IMG/VR virus record: IMGVR_UViG_3300049138_000079
Location: 1-38,438 of that record
Source of the DNA: a virus
Taxonomy: Duplodnaviria > Caudoviricetes
Reading direction: 5' to 3' (one strand)
DNA: 38,438 bases
The position numbers and the translations under genes are program-made. The notes under the pieces were generated by a model. The model had not been told where the DNA came from, searched no databases, and worked only from the letters and a program-made list of their open reading frames with translations. Positions 25,362-33,330 of the stretch are shown one piece after another. Within the stretch, counting starts at the first letter, position 1; every line of letters starts with the position of its first letter.

Positions 25362-25891
25362 CGGACGTGCCTTCCGTATCCGTCGTTGTGGCAGCCGCAA
25401 GGCAGGAAGCCCCACCGCCAGTCCTTCTGTGCACCGGCCGCCGGCGGGTTGTCGAGTCGAGCTGGCGGACCGTCGGAGTCGTCCGTGGCGGGTTGGGGGT
25501 GTCCGGATCCCTCGGCAGACACCACAGACGGCTGTGCGGCGTCCTCAGCGGGGTTGGTGGCAGCTTCGGCGACGGTCATGCGAGTCAGCAACTCCGACTG
25601 GAAGCCGTCAAGTGCGGCCTTCACCAGCGGATCGGAAGCGGCGAACGCCATCGAACCCACCAGCACGCGGACGGTCGACCACGTCTCGGCTCGGATCCGG
25701 ACATCCCGAGCAGGATCGCCGGGATCACGCCGAGCGGCCCGGTCCAGCGCGGCGTGGAACCGCTGGACAGCCTGACGCTCCACCTCGCTGACCGGGTCGC
25801 GATGGGTCAGCACGGTCAGGAGATCCCGGCCGGCAAACCACAAATCGGTGATCATCCCCGCCAGGTCGGGGGTGGGGTTGGAGGTACTCAC
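25358..25891 (-). CDS. Hypothetical protein
   Basis: GTGA coupling; C-terminal CGCHNDG..H. Confidence 0.55.
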   Translation of the reverse strand: MSTSNPTPDLAGMITDLWFAGRDLLTVLTHRDPVSEVERQAVQRFHAALDRAARRDPGDPARDVRIRAETWSTVRVLVGSMAFAASDPLVKAALDGFQSELLTRMTVAEAATNPAEDAAQPSVVSAEGSGHPQPATDDSDGPPARLDNPPAAGAQKDWRWGFLPCGCHNDGYGRHVR

Positions 25892-26265
25892 CGGCCAGCC
25901 CCCGAACCGACGTACGCAACACCCGACAACTCCGGCTTTTCGTCGAGCGTCGGCAGCGCGCAGAACGACGGCCGATTGGGCTCACGCGGCACCCACTGCG
26001 CGCCCGGCATCCCACATGCCGAGTTCTCCGTCGAGTGCACGTCGAACGGACCGAAGTTCAGCGCGAAGCCCAAGTGCTCGTCGCACGCCAAGCCGTTCTC
26101 GGTCGTTGCTTCGTTCCACCGCAGATGGTGAGTTGCAGGCTGGCCGCAGATCGCGTCGGTGTGCGGGTTGCCGTCCGGGGTGGCGTTGCAGACCAGGGCG
26201 TAGCCAGTCTCGGCGGCGACTTCGCGGCCAACGTGCCGGGGCAGTTCGGTGGTCAAGGTGCTCAC
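25888..26265 (-). CDS. Hypothetical Cys/His-rich protein
   Basis: AAGGAG RBS, GTGA coupling; CGQPATHH..ACDEH. Confidence 0.6.
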   Translation of the reverse strand: MSTLTTELPRHVGREVAAETGYALVCNATPDGNPHTDAICGQPATHHLRWNEATTENGLACDEHLGFALNFGPFDVHSTENSACGMPGAQWVPREPNRPSFCALPTLDEKPELSGVAYVGSGAGR

Positions 26266-26525
26266 TCCTTCGATGAGGTGTTGCTCTTCAGGGCTTGCTT
26301 CGCGGCCACGTACTCGGCGCTGGGTGGGTCTCCGTGGTCGAGAGACCGCCACGTCACCGGGTCTTGGGCGTGCCGGCACGGATGCGGCCGGATCGCATGC
26401 TGGCCGGACTTTGGTGCGTCGACGAACGCCACCCACGCCCCACGCCGGGCCGAGTACAGCCAGATGAGTGGGGAGCCGCAGGGGGCGCAGCCGGTGATGT
26501 TCGGCGGCTCCGGAATCTCGATCAC
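26262..26525 (-). CDS. Hypothetical protein (CxxCG.PLIW)
   Basis: GTGA coupling to the DUF5131 gene. Confidence 0.6.
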   Translation of the reverse strand: MIEIPEPPNITGCAPCGSPLIWLYSARRGAWVAFVDAPKSGQHAIRPHPCRHAQDPVTWRSLDHGDPPSAEYVAAKQALKSNTSSKE

Positions 26526-27322
26526 TGCGGGTACTCGTTCCAGATCTGGCCATCGAGCACCCGGCCGCCCGACTTCGGCGTCCGGCCGCCCCACTGCTTG
26601 AAGAAGAACGCGACGCCCGACCCGACGCACCGATCCCGCAGGTCCCGGATCCATGCCGGGTCGACCGGACGGGCGTTCGGCCCGGACTCGCCGCCGGCGA
26701 TCAGCCAGTCGATGCCAGTCAGGTCAAGCGACGGCAGCGGGCCCAGCAGCGGCTCGGCGGAGATGAACCGGACGTCGGCCGTCGTGTCCCGTAGTGCGTC
26801 GGCTCGGCGGGTGTAGTCGTCGGACTCAATCGACGTGCCGAGCCATACATTCGCCAGTGGCCACGACGGGAGTTCCCGGCTGGGTCCGTTCAGGTCGAGC
26901 GTGCTCTCGTGCAGATAGACTGAGGACCGCCACGCCAGGTCGTTCACGATCCGGGCCATCCGCTCCGGCCGCTTGGTGAGTACCTGGTACGTGTGCCGGG
27001 GTGTGGCCGCCATGACCGCGAAGACCTGCGCGACGAACTCGCGGGGCACCCGGGCGTGGAACAGGTCGGACATCGAGTTGACGAACACCGTCCGGGGCGT
27101 CTTCCACCGCAGCGGCTCGGTGAGCGTCGCTGGGTGCTGAGCCACACCGAACCCCGGGCCGCTGGTGCGCGGGTCGCCGTCGGTCTGGTACTTCGCCGAC
27201 CCCATTCCCTTCAACCGCTTCGCCAGCGTCAGCGCGTAGCAGTTGTCGCACCCGGGCGAGATCCGGTCACAGCCGGTCGTCGGGTTCCAGGTCTCTTCGG
27301 TCCACTCGATGGCAGTGCTCAT
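26522..27322 (-). CDS. DUF5131 / phage Gp37-Gp68 family three-Cys protein
   Basis: IEWT..TWNPTTGC..SPGC.NCYA, FVNSMSDLFH, LTKRPER, SAEPLL, GGESG and FFFKQWGG. Confidence 0.92.
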   Translation of the reverse strand: MSTAIEWTEETWNPTTGCDRISPGCDNCYALTLAKRLKGMGSAKYQTDGDPRTSGPGFGVAQHPATLTEPLRWKTPRTVFVNSMSDLFHARVPREFVAQVFAVMAATPRHTYQVLTKRPERMARIVNDLAWRSSVYLHESTLDLNGPSRELPSWPLANVWLGTSIESDDYTRRADALRDTTADVRFISAEPLLGPLPSLDLTGIDWLIAGGESGPNARPVDPAWIRDLRDRCVGSGVAFFFKQWGGRTPKSGGRVLDGQIWNEYPQ

Positions 27323-27894
27323 GACGCGTCTCCTACGAGTCGGATGTGGCGGCGGTTGCCGGCGGGAAGTCCGCAGTCGGCGCATTCGCCGAAGCGGGCG
27401 GCGACGAACGGGTGGGTTTGCTGCGGGTCGGGGGCGTCCGAAGGGCGCACGTCCCCCGACCCGGAACCCCCCTTTAGGGGGTTCGGGTCGGGTCGGGTCG
27501 GGGTTACGAACTTCGGCCGAACGTTCGCCCGTTGTTCGCCCGAACCATTCCGGCCCTGGCCTGCGGCTTTACGCTGCGCCCTCAGTTTTTGCATCCGTTC
27601 TCGTGCCGCCCTTCTCTCCTCCTCGACGGCGCTTCGTTCCGGGTTGAAGTCGTGCCAGTCGTGGAATCGGTAGCCGCCCCGCGTCCTTTTCCACAGCCCT
27701 GTGGATACGAGTTCTTTCGCCAGCGACTCCGAGTCGGGGAGCAGTCGCGGGAGTACGTGGTCGGGTATGAACCCGTCGGACAGGTTCGCCCCCGACCACG
27801 ACCCGGCGACTACCCACAGACCCAGCGCGGCCGGCGACGTCGCCAGCACCTTGGGGTGGGAGTGGAACGAGTCGTCCACCTTCATCCACGTCAT
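27319..27894 (-). CDS. Replication initiator-like protein (actinophage RepA-type)
   Basis: W.KVDD.FHSHPK..ALGLW..DGFIP..LV..GLW..FHDW winged-helix N-terminus; PTRPDP linker. Confidence 0.75.
   Translation of the reverse strand: MTWMKVDDSFHSHPKVLATSPAALGLWVVAGSWSGANLSDGFIPDHVLPRLLPDSESLAKELVSTGLWKRTRGGYRFHDWHDFNPERSAVEEERRAARERMQKLRAQRKAAGQGRNGSGEQRANVRPKFVTPTRPDPNPLKGGSGSGDVRPSDAPDPQQTHPFVAARFGECADCGLPAGNRRHIRLVGDAS
27451..27546. repeat. Inverted and direct repeats inside the initiator gene (candidate origin)
   Basis: CCCGACCCGGAACCCCC / GGGGGTTCGGGTCGGG imperfect inverted repeat, (TCGGG)x4, GTTCGCCCG x2. Confidence 0.45.
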
Positions 27895-28049
27895 CGGTCG
27901 GTGTGCTCCTTGTGCTCTTGCTGGTTGTGCCGCTGTAACACCTGGACGGCGGCGTCGACCGGGTCTCCGACCCACGTCCGCAACACCTGCCACCGGTTCG
28001 CCGGGCAGCCGTCGACACCGCACTTCCAGCGGGGACGCGCCGGAGTCAT
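27891..28049 (-). CDS. Small C2H2-like protein (C-x4-C...H-x4-H)
   Basis: MTPARPRWKCGVDGC...HNQQEH; ATGA coupling at both ends. Confidence 0.5.
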   Translation of the reverse strand: MTPARPRWKCGVDGCPANRWQVLRTWVGDPVDAAVQVLQRHNQQEHKEHTDR

Positions 28050-28125
28050 CGCCGTCTCCGAGGTTTGCGGAACTGCTCCCGCTCCAAATCGGCGAGCGAC
28101 CCGAACCGCTCCACCAACAGCTCCC

Positions 28126-28383
28126 TCACCACAGAGCCCCCTCCCCGGTCACAGCGGCAATCTGCTCCGGCGTCCAGCCGAGAGCACGCCACCGGCGGAA
28201 CGGTGTCGGGTCGATCGGCATCGGTGGGGGAATCCACGGCGGCGGCACCTCCTCGGCGACGGCGGCCAGCGACGTCAACGGCAGCCCCGTTCCGGAACAG
28301 CGGGGTGTGCCGTGGGCGGCCAACTTCGGCCCCTGCTTCCCGATCGGCTTCTCGCAGACAGGGCACTCCCACCGGTCGATCAC
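28126..28383 (-). CDS. Small zinc-finger protein (CPVC...H...CSG)
   Basis: GGAGGAG RBS, GTGA coupling. Confidence 0.65.
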   Translation of the reverse strand: MIDRWECPVCEKPIGKQGPKLAAHGTPRCSGTGLPLTSLAAVAEEVPPPWIPPPMPIDPTPFRRWRALGWTPEQIAAVTGEGALW

Positions 28384-28673
28384 GACTCCTCCCGGCAGAT
28401 CCGGCAGCCGGCGGACAGGTGCGGTGTTCGGCGGGTTTCGAGCTTCGCCGCGTGGCATCCGTCGGACACCCACCGCAGTCCGCCGAGGATTTGCGGCACC
28501 TCCGGCGGGTTCTCCAACGCGGCCGCCTTGCATTCGGTGCGGACGTCGCAGTGGTTGTGGCAGGTGTGCAACGCCAACCCCGCAGCCTGCTTCATCCCCT
28601 CGCCCGTTGACGGGTGGAAGATCTCCGCATCGACGAGCGGGTTGCGGCAGCCGGCCCGTTCCTCCCACGTCAC
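28380..28673 (-). CDS. whiB: WhiB-family transcription factor (divergent)
   Basis: W...AGC...IFHP...C-x3-C-x5-C...ILGG. Confidence 0.75.
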   Translation of the reverse strand: MTWEERAGCRNPLVDAEIFHPSTGEGMKQAAGLALHTCHNHCDVRTECKAAALENPPEVPQILGGLRWVSDGCHAAKLETRRTPHLSAGCRICREES

Positions 28674-28882
28674 GACGACTCCCCGGCCGGTATCCAGCGC
28701 ACCTCGTGCACGGCGGCAAGCACCTCACCGGACGGCTCGAACCGGACGCAGCCCGCGGCCGGCAGCCCGCCACGTCGCCCACCGGTGAGGGTGTGCACCC
28801 CTTCCGACTCCCCGCAGACGCAGCGGCGGATCGGCGGGTACACGCCCCGACCTTCGGCGCCTCCGGGATCCTGCCGGCTCAC
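28670..28882 (-). CDS. Small hypothetical protein (CVCG....VH...GCVRF)
   Basis: GTGA coupling at both ends. Confidence 0.5.
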   Translation of the reverse strand: MSRQDPGGAEGRGVYPPIRRCVCGESEGVHTLTGGRRGGLPAAGCVRFEPSGEVLAAVHEVRWIPAGESS

Positions 28883-29235
28883 CGCGACACCGCCGTCCGC
28901 CACAACGCACACGTGTCCGACGCCGCCCAAAACTGTTCGACGGCGGTCACGACTTCGGCGAGTCCGAGCAGGTCCCGGACCGGCTGGGTCCAGTCCGCGA
29001 CCGGCGCGACCCGGGCGACCAGGTCCCGGCAGCAGCCGAGACACATCGACTCCCGGCGCGACAACTGCCACCCCGACGCGACGTGCGTCAACGTCCACCC
29101 GCCCGCGTACAGGCCGGTGCCGTCGATCGCGGGCGTGATCGCCAGCCCCGGGGCGACGATCTCGCCGAAGATCGGCATGACGACCTCGACGCCGCTGATC
29201 CGGGCCCGGATGTCAATCAGCGCCAGCTCAGCCAT
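28879..29235 (-). CDS. Hypothetical protein
   Basis: GGAGG RBS; PGLAITP..WTLTHVASG..ADWT. Confidence 0.65.
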   Translation of the reverse strand: MAELALIDIRARISGVEVVMPIFGEIVAPGLAITPAIDGTGLYAGGWTLTHVASGWQLSRRESMCLGCCRDLVARVAPVADWTQPVRDLLGLAEVVTAVEQFWAASDTCALWRTAVSR

Positions 29236-29530
29236 TCGCCACCTCCAACAGGACGTCGGCGTGACACGGCTGGTCGAGCGGGCACCAGCACGCCAGATCC
29301 CGACCAGCCAGTACGGTCCGGGCCCGCGCGACGTACGCCGGGGTATCCGTCACCAGCGCGCGGTACGCAGCGACCAGCCCAGCCGGATCACGCAGGTCCC
29401 GGTACTCGTCGGCGAGCCAGACGGGACGGAAGGTGTACGGGTTACCCCACTCCGTGGGCCGACCGACGTACACCGCCCCTTCCGGCATCCGCCAGCCGGC
29501 AGTGCGCTTCCGCTGGATCCGCTCAGGCAT
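29228..29530 (-). CDS. DUF4326 family protein
   Basis: RIQRKRTAGWRMP..AVYVGRPT.WGNP...LAGRDLACWCP...CHADVL. Confidence 0.9.
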   Translation of the reverse strand: MPERIQRKRTAGWRMPEGAVYVGRPTEWGNPYTFRPVWLADEYRDLRDPAGLVAAYRALVTDTPAYVARARTVLAGRDLACWCPLDQPCHADVLLEVANG

Positions 29531-29888
29531 CGGTCACTCCCAGCAGTACCCGAGCCAGCTCGGATGCGGCGAAGGTCGGTCCCCGTTCGGCTTGCAGTTC
29601 CAAGAGCGCAGCGAGGTGCTGAGCTATGCCGGGATGCACCAACGCGATCCACGCTGCGTCGTTCCAGACGTTGCGTTCCCGATCCCACGGACTCCCACTG
29701 AACGTCGGCAGCCACGCCACCAAATCGCCGCTGCCGGGCTTGCCGGTGAGGACTGTCGCCGCGTACCCGCCGGTGTTGCCGAGGTGCGCGTCGTGGGTTC
29801 GCCACGGACCCGGCGTCGCCGCTTCACCGAACTCCCGCAGCACCTTCGCTGCTGCTCGTGGGGTCTCTACCGAAGACAACTCAGCCAC
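29523..29888 (-). CDS. Ead/Ea22-like hypothetical protein
   Basis: AATPGPW...DAAWIALVHP..LAALL; AAGGGAG RBS. Confidence 0.65.
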   Translation of the reverse strand: MAELSSVETPRAAAKVLREFGEAATPGPWRTHDAHLGNTGGYAATVLTGKPGSGDLVAWLPTFSGSPWDRERNVWNDAAWIALVHPGIAQHLAALLELQAERGPTFAASELARVLLGVTDA

Positions 29889-30531
29889 GAGGGCTCCCTT
29901 CGAAAAGTTGGTGAAAGATCGACGGCCGGCTGTCCAACTCATCGAGCCAGCCGAGCAGCCGACGCAGGTTGACCTCTGGGCCGAACGCCAGATAGGTCCC
30001 ATCGGCCGAGTGGCAGCCGAACGCTTCAGCGATTCGGAGACGAGTGATCGAGTTGACCCGGCCCATGTGGACCTGCTTGCCGCGATCCCGGGCCTCACTG
30101 GTCAGCAGGTGCGCGACCGGGCCCACCTTCCACTCCGTGGTGCCTGCGAGAAACAGCACGTCAAAGTCGTCCCACGGGATCAGTCCGTCTTCGCATCCGT
30201 CTTGAGCTGCGTACGCCGCCGGGACGCCGAGCTGCCGAATCCGTCCGAGCCACGGCCGAGATTCGACGTAGGTACCGGCGGCGTCGAACGGGACGTCGGG
30301 GGCGACAGCCCACGCACATCGGCGGTTCCCGTACTCATCGACCTGGCCTTGCAGCCACGTCCACCACCGCTCCGGACCGGGCCAGCCCTTCCCGAACTTG
30401 CCGTTGTCGGCAGCCCAGCGAGCGCCGGTTGGGATCCGATTACCTTGCGCCGGAGTGGTCATGCAGTCGAGCAGTCCTCTACTCATCGCTGCCTGCACCT
30501 CAGGCCCGCTCGGGGTGCCGAAGTAGCGCAC
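29881..30531 (-). CDS. Small TGT/DpdA-like barrel protein (putative base-exchange transglycosylase)
   Basis: Ordered motifs WAADNG.F, VAPDV, AQDG, LAGTTEWK, VHMGRVN and SADGT resemble the TGT/DpdA DSG, substrate-Asp, HxxG and SxDS motifs. Overlaps the VUT transporter gene. CDS is secure; function is inferred. Confidence 0.55.
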   Translation of the reverse strand: MRYFGTPSGPEVQAAMSRGLLDCMTTPAQGNRIPTGARWAADNGKFGKGWPGPERWWTWLQGQVDEYGNRRCAWAVAPDVPFDAAGTYVESRPWLGRIRQLGVPAAYAAQDGCEDGLIPWDDFDVLFLAGTTEWKVGPVAHLLTSEARDRGKQVHMGRVNSITRLRIAEAFGCHSADGTYLAFGPEVNLRRLLGWLDELDSRPSIFHQLFEGSPRG

Positions 30532-31012
30532 GGCCCACCACCACCGGGATGACGACCGCCGCCGTGACGGCGGTCTTGGCGAGCATCTGACCGGGCAGCG
30601 CCGACCAGATCGGGAAGCCGGCCAGGGCCAGGAACAGCAGCGTGTCCACGGCGGATCCGACGAGCCCGGACAGCAACGCGGCGCGGCCCCATCCCTTGCG
30701 TCGGAGTGGCTGGTAGACGAGCGTGTCGGCGAGTTCGGAGACGGCGAACGCGACACCGGACGCGAACGCCAAGCGGGGACCGGCGAGAACCGCGCTCACC
30801 ACCGCGCCAGCGACGACACATCCGGCGACCGCGAGCCGGCCGGCGAGGTCGTGCACGAGGTCCCGGGCCAGCAGCACAAGGCCCGCCGCGTACGTGCCGG
30901 CGGTCGCGGTGAGTCCGAGCCCGACGGGGATCAGCCCGTAGCGTGCCGTCAGAACGTTCGCGGCGACCACGCAGATCAGGAATGCCGCGACGGCGGCTAG
31001 ACGGGCGCTCAC
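30500..31012 (-). CDS. yhhQ: VUT-family (YhhQ-like) queuosine-precursor transporter
   Basis: VVAAN, AG...G..L.ARD.VH, A.AS..AF.VSEL.D..VY, S..VGS.VDT..F..LA and GQ..AK motifs; multiple TM segments. Confidence 0.85.
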   Translation of the reverse strand: MSARLAAVAAFLICVVAANVLTARYGLIPVGLGLTATAGTYAAGLVLLARDLVHDLAGRLAVAGCVVAGAVVSAVLAGPRLAFASGVAFAVSELADTLVYQPLRRKGWGRAALLSGLVGSAVDTLLFLALAGFPIWSALPGQMLAKTAVTAAVVIPVVVGRALLRHPERA

Positions 31013-31473
31013 GGGTGGGTTTCCTCTCGGGTAGTGGGCCGGGGTCCGAACGTGATGACGCGGATGCCCTCGGCTTCGCAGCGTTCGAGGCAGTCGGCGG
31101 TGCCGTGCGTCCCGTGCGGTCGCGGCCGCCGGCACCGCTCCGACTCGCACGGGTTGATGAACGCCAAGCACACGTCCGCGCCGAGCTCGACCATCCGCTG
31201 ATTCCGCTCGTGTCCGGCACGGTTGCCACGGGTCCGCCACTCGGCGCCGGTGACGGGGTGGGGTTCGTGGTCGACGGGCCAGCCGATGTGCTTCCTCGTG
31301 GCCGCCCACACGCCCGCTGACGTGTCCGCACCCTTCGCCCCGCCGTGGACGACCGTGACGCCGCTATAGCCGCTCTGGGCCGCCGCACGGGCTATCTCGT
31401 CGAGCGCCGTGGTGACCGCGTCGAAGTCCTTCCACGACCGCGACCCGGTCACGATCACCCGCATGTGGGTCAT
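31009..31473 (-). CDS. SLOG-superfamily (DUF2493/YspA-like) protein
   Basis: VIVTGSR.W, VVHGGAKGAD, AG..RNQRMV..GAD.CLAF and HGTADC motifs. Confidence 0.88.
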   Translation of the reverse strand: MTHMRVIVTGSRSWKDFDAVTTALDEIARAAAQSGYSGVTVVHGGAKGADTSAGVWAATRKHIGWPVDHEPHPVTGAEWRTRGNRAGHERNQRMVELGADVCLAFINPCESERCRRPRPHGTHGTADCLERCEAEGIRVITFGPRPTTREETHP

Positions 31474-31568
31474 CGGGTTCTTCTCCTTCCCCTCCGCTGG
31501 ATCCGCCGGGAACGCCAGATGCGGAGCAACTCGATGGCGAGTTCGCGCTTCCACGCGCGGTCCATCAC
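31470..31568 (-). CDS. Arg-rich micro-ORF (32 aa)
   Basis: GTGA and ATGA coupling bridges the HNH and SLOG genes. Confidence 0.4.
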   Translation of the reverse strand: MMDRAWKRELAIELLRIWRSRRIQRRGRRRTR

Positions 31569-31945
31569 GACACCGGCGGATCGGTCGACACCGACCCGTC
31601 ATCGAGTAGGCAGGTCCAGCCGTGGACGGCGTGCTCGATCGCGTGATGCGCCGGCGACTGGACGGCGTGCCGGGAGACGAGGAAGCCGCGGTGCATCGCT
31701 TCACCCCGCCGGGACTCCACCTCCCCGTGGCAGCGCGTTGTCCCGGATCCGCAGAGCAGCACCAGGTTGCCCGGCAGGTGCGTTTCTGGCCGGCGGTCGC
31801 CGCCCATCCCCGCCGGCCGGCGGTGGTGCAGCGACCAGTCCCGTCCCCGCTCGCCGGAGACTTCGGCACCGCACCACGCGCACCGGCCGGAGTCCCGCTC
31901 GACGACGAGATCGAGCGCCGCGGCGGTGGGCCGGGTGGCGGTCAC
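31565..31945 (-). CDS. HNH endonuclease
   Basis: RDSGRCAWC...LHHRRP.GMGG...NLVLLCGSGTT.CH. Confidence 0.85.
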   Translation of the reverse strand: MTATRPTAAALDLVVERDSGRCAWCGAEVSGERGRDWSLHHRRPAGMGGDRRPETHLPGNLVLLCGSGTTRCHGEVESRRGEAMHRGFLVSRHAVQSPAHHAIEHAVHGWTCLLDDGSVSTDPPVS

Positions 31946-32226
31946 GGCTGCGCTCCTGGGTGGTTGCAGGTGCACCGCACCCGCCAACACCGCGAGTGGT
32001 CGCCGCGGTCGCAGGCCCGGCACGGGACCGGCTGCACATCCGCACCGAGCACCCGCACAGCCCGGACCGCCAGCGGTATCCCGAGGAACGACGACACCTG
32101 CCGCTGGCTCAGATCGCAGACAGAGCACACCTCGATCGGCTGCATGGTGTCGGTGTCGACGTCCACGTCGACTGGGGCGAAGCAGACGTTGCAGAGCGGA
32201 AGCACGTCCAGCGCCAGCGCGGTCAT
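31942..32226 (-). CDS. Cys-rich hypothetical protein
   Basis: Three CxxC motifs plus H..C...CTC.H; coupled. Confidence 0.6.
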   Translation of the reverse strand: MTALALDVLPLCNVCFAPVDVDVDTDTMQPIEVCSVCDLSQRQVSSFLGIPLAVRAVRVLGADVQPVPCRACDRGDHSRCWRVRCTCNHPGAQP

Positions 32227-32960
32227 CGGAGATCCATCTGGGCTTGCTCACCCTGCGGACCCGGGACGGTCGCCACCTCGATCTGCCCCAGCCGGTCCGC
32301 GATCGTGTGCCGCAGGTCCTTCACGTCGTCGTCGGTGATGACTCCGGCAGCGGCTGCCCGGGTCACGCGGACGTCGATCTCGTTGAAGGTGGCGGTATCC
32401 GCGGCGTGGGCAATCGCGCCGCGGGCGTTGGTCAGGAACGCCTGCCGGTTGTGCTCGTTCATCCGCGGCGGCTCGTCGTGCTGCTCGTCGGTGCCGTCCT
32501 TGAACTTGGCACCCCAAAGATCCAGGGCCACTCCGAACCGCATCCCGCCGTTCCGGAGCGCGTCGCCGATGACCTCCTTCACCGCATCCGGACCGTCCTT
32601 GCCCTCCGCGGCGCCGTACCCGAGCCGGGTCACTCCGGCGATGGTGAGTCGGATCCACAGTCCGCCGTGCCGGTCGAACGCCGGCAGCCCGTCGGCGGTG
32701 TACGCCAGCGGTTCCCACGTCCACTCCGGGTCAGCGGCCAGGAACCGGTCTGTTGTCTCCGCATGCCCCACGTAGTCGAGATGCAGGTGGGCGGTGGTGA
32801 TGTTGTTCCGGCAGTCCCGGCACCGGGCTTTCTGGTGCTCGTTGCAGGTGCGGCCGGACTTCGCCACGTCGCGGCACTGCTTGCACCAGACCCGCGGCAG
32901 CTTCCCGACCACCTCGGCGGGGAACGGCTCCCGCAGGAGCTTCGCGATCTCGGGGGTCAC
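32223..32960 (-). CDS. Rad52/Sak-like single-strand annealing protein
   Basis: LREPF, LDYVGHA.TTDRF..DP.WTW, LTI.GVTR.GYG and KE.IGDALRN.GMRFGVALDLW; Cys-rich insert. Confidence 0.8.
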   Translation of the reverse strand: MTPEIAKLLREPFPAEVVGKLPRVWCKQCRDVAKSGRTCNEHQKARCRDCRNNITTAHLHLDYVGHAETTDRFLAADPEWTWEPLAYTADGLPAFDRHGGLWIRLTIAGVTRLGYGAAEGKDGPDAVKEVIGDALRNGGMRFGVALDLWGAKFKDGTDEQHDEPPRMNEHNRQAFLTNARGAIAHAADTATFNEIDVRVTRAAAAGVITDDDVKDLRHTIADRLGQIEVATVPGPQGEQAQMDLR

Positions 32961-33163
32961 TTCGGTTCTCCTTGCTGTGCTTCGGCGAGCTGCATCTGCA
33001 ACCGGCCGATGTGCGCGGATCTCATGGCGGCGACGTGTTCCAACGTGCGGTGGGCGTTGCGGAGGTCACGGACGATCCGGCGCAGGTTCCGGCGCTCGGC
33101 CCGCAGCCGGACGTTCTCGCCGCGGACGATCGGGTCCGCCCAGTGGCGGAGCAGACGGCCCAT
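32957..33163 (-). CDS. Small coiled-coil hypothetical protein
   Basis: TGATG/GTGA coupling; heptad pattern. Confidence 0.55.
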   Translation of the reverse strand: MGRLLRHWADPIVRGENVRLRAERRNLRRIVRDLRNAHRTLEHVAAMRSAHIGRLQMQLAEAQQGEPK

Positions 33164-33330
33164 CACGACGCCACCCGGGAGCGCGCGACCTCGGCGACGA
33201 CGTACACCACGAACAGCGCCGACAGCAGCAGAGCTGCCGGCCAGCGGCCGGACCGGGCCAGCGCCACCACCGTGGGTGGCACCAGCACCGGAGCGGCGAC
33301 GGCGAGAACAGCGCGACGACGGGTGCTCAC
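33163..33330 (-). CDS. Small two-TM membrane protein (55 aa)
   Basis: GTGA/TGATG coupling; WPAALLLSALFVVYVVAEV. Confidence 0.5.
   Translation of the reverse strand: MSTRRRAVLAVAAPVLVPPTVVALARSGRWPAALLLSALFVVYVVAEVARSRVAS

Noticed and set aside
27701-29701. 666-aa plus-strand ORF
   Set aside because: Antisense shadow of coupled minus-strand genes in GC-rich DNA; low-complexity Arg/Pro/Ala content with no motifs.
29881-30531. Calling this gene canonical tgt or dpdA
   Set aside because: It is much shorter, has DNG rather than DSG and lacks the zinc site. The resemblance is motif-level only, so no symbol was assigned.
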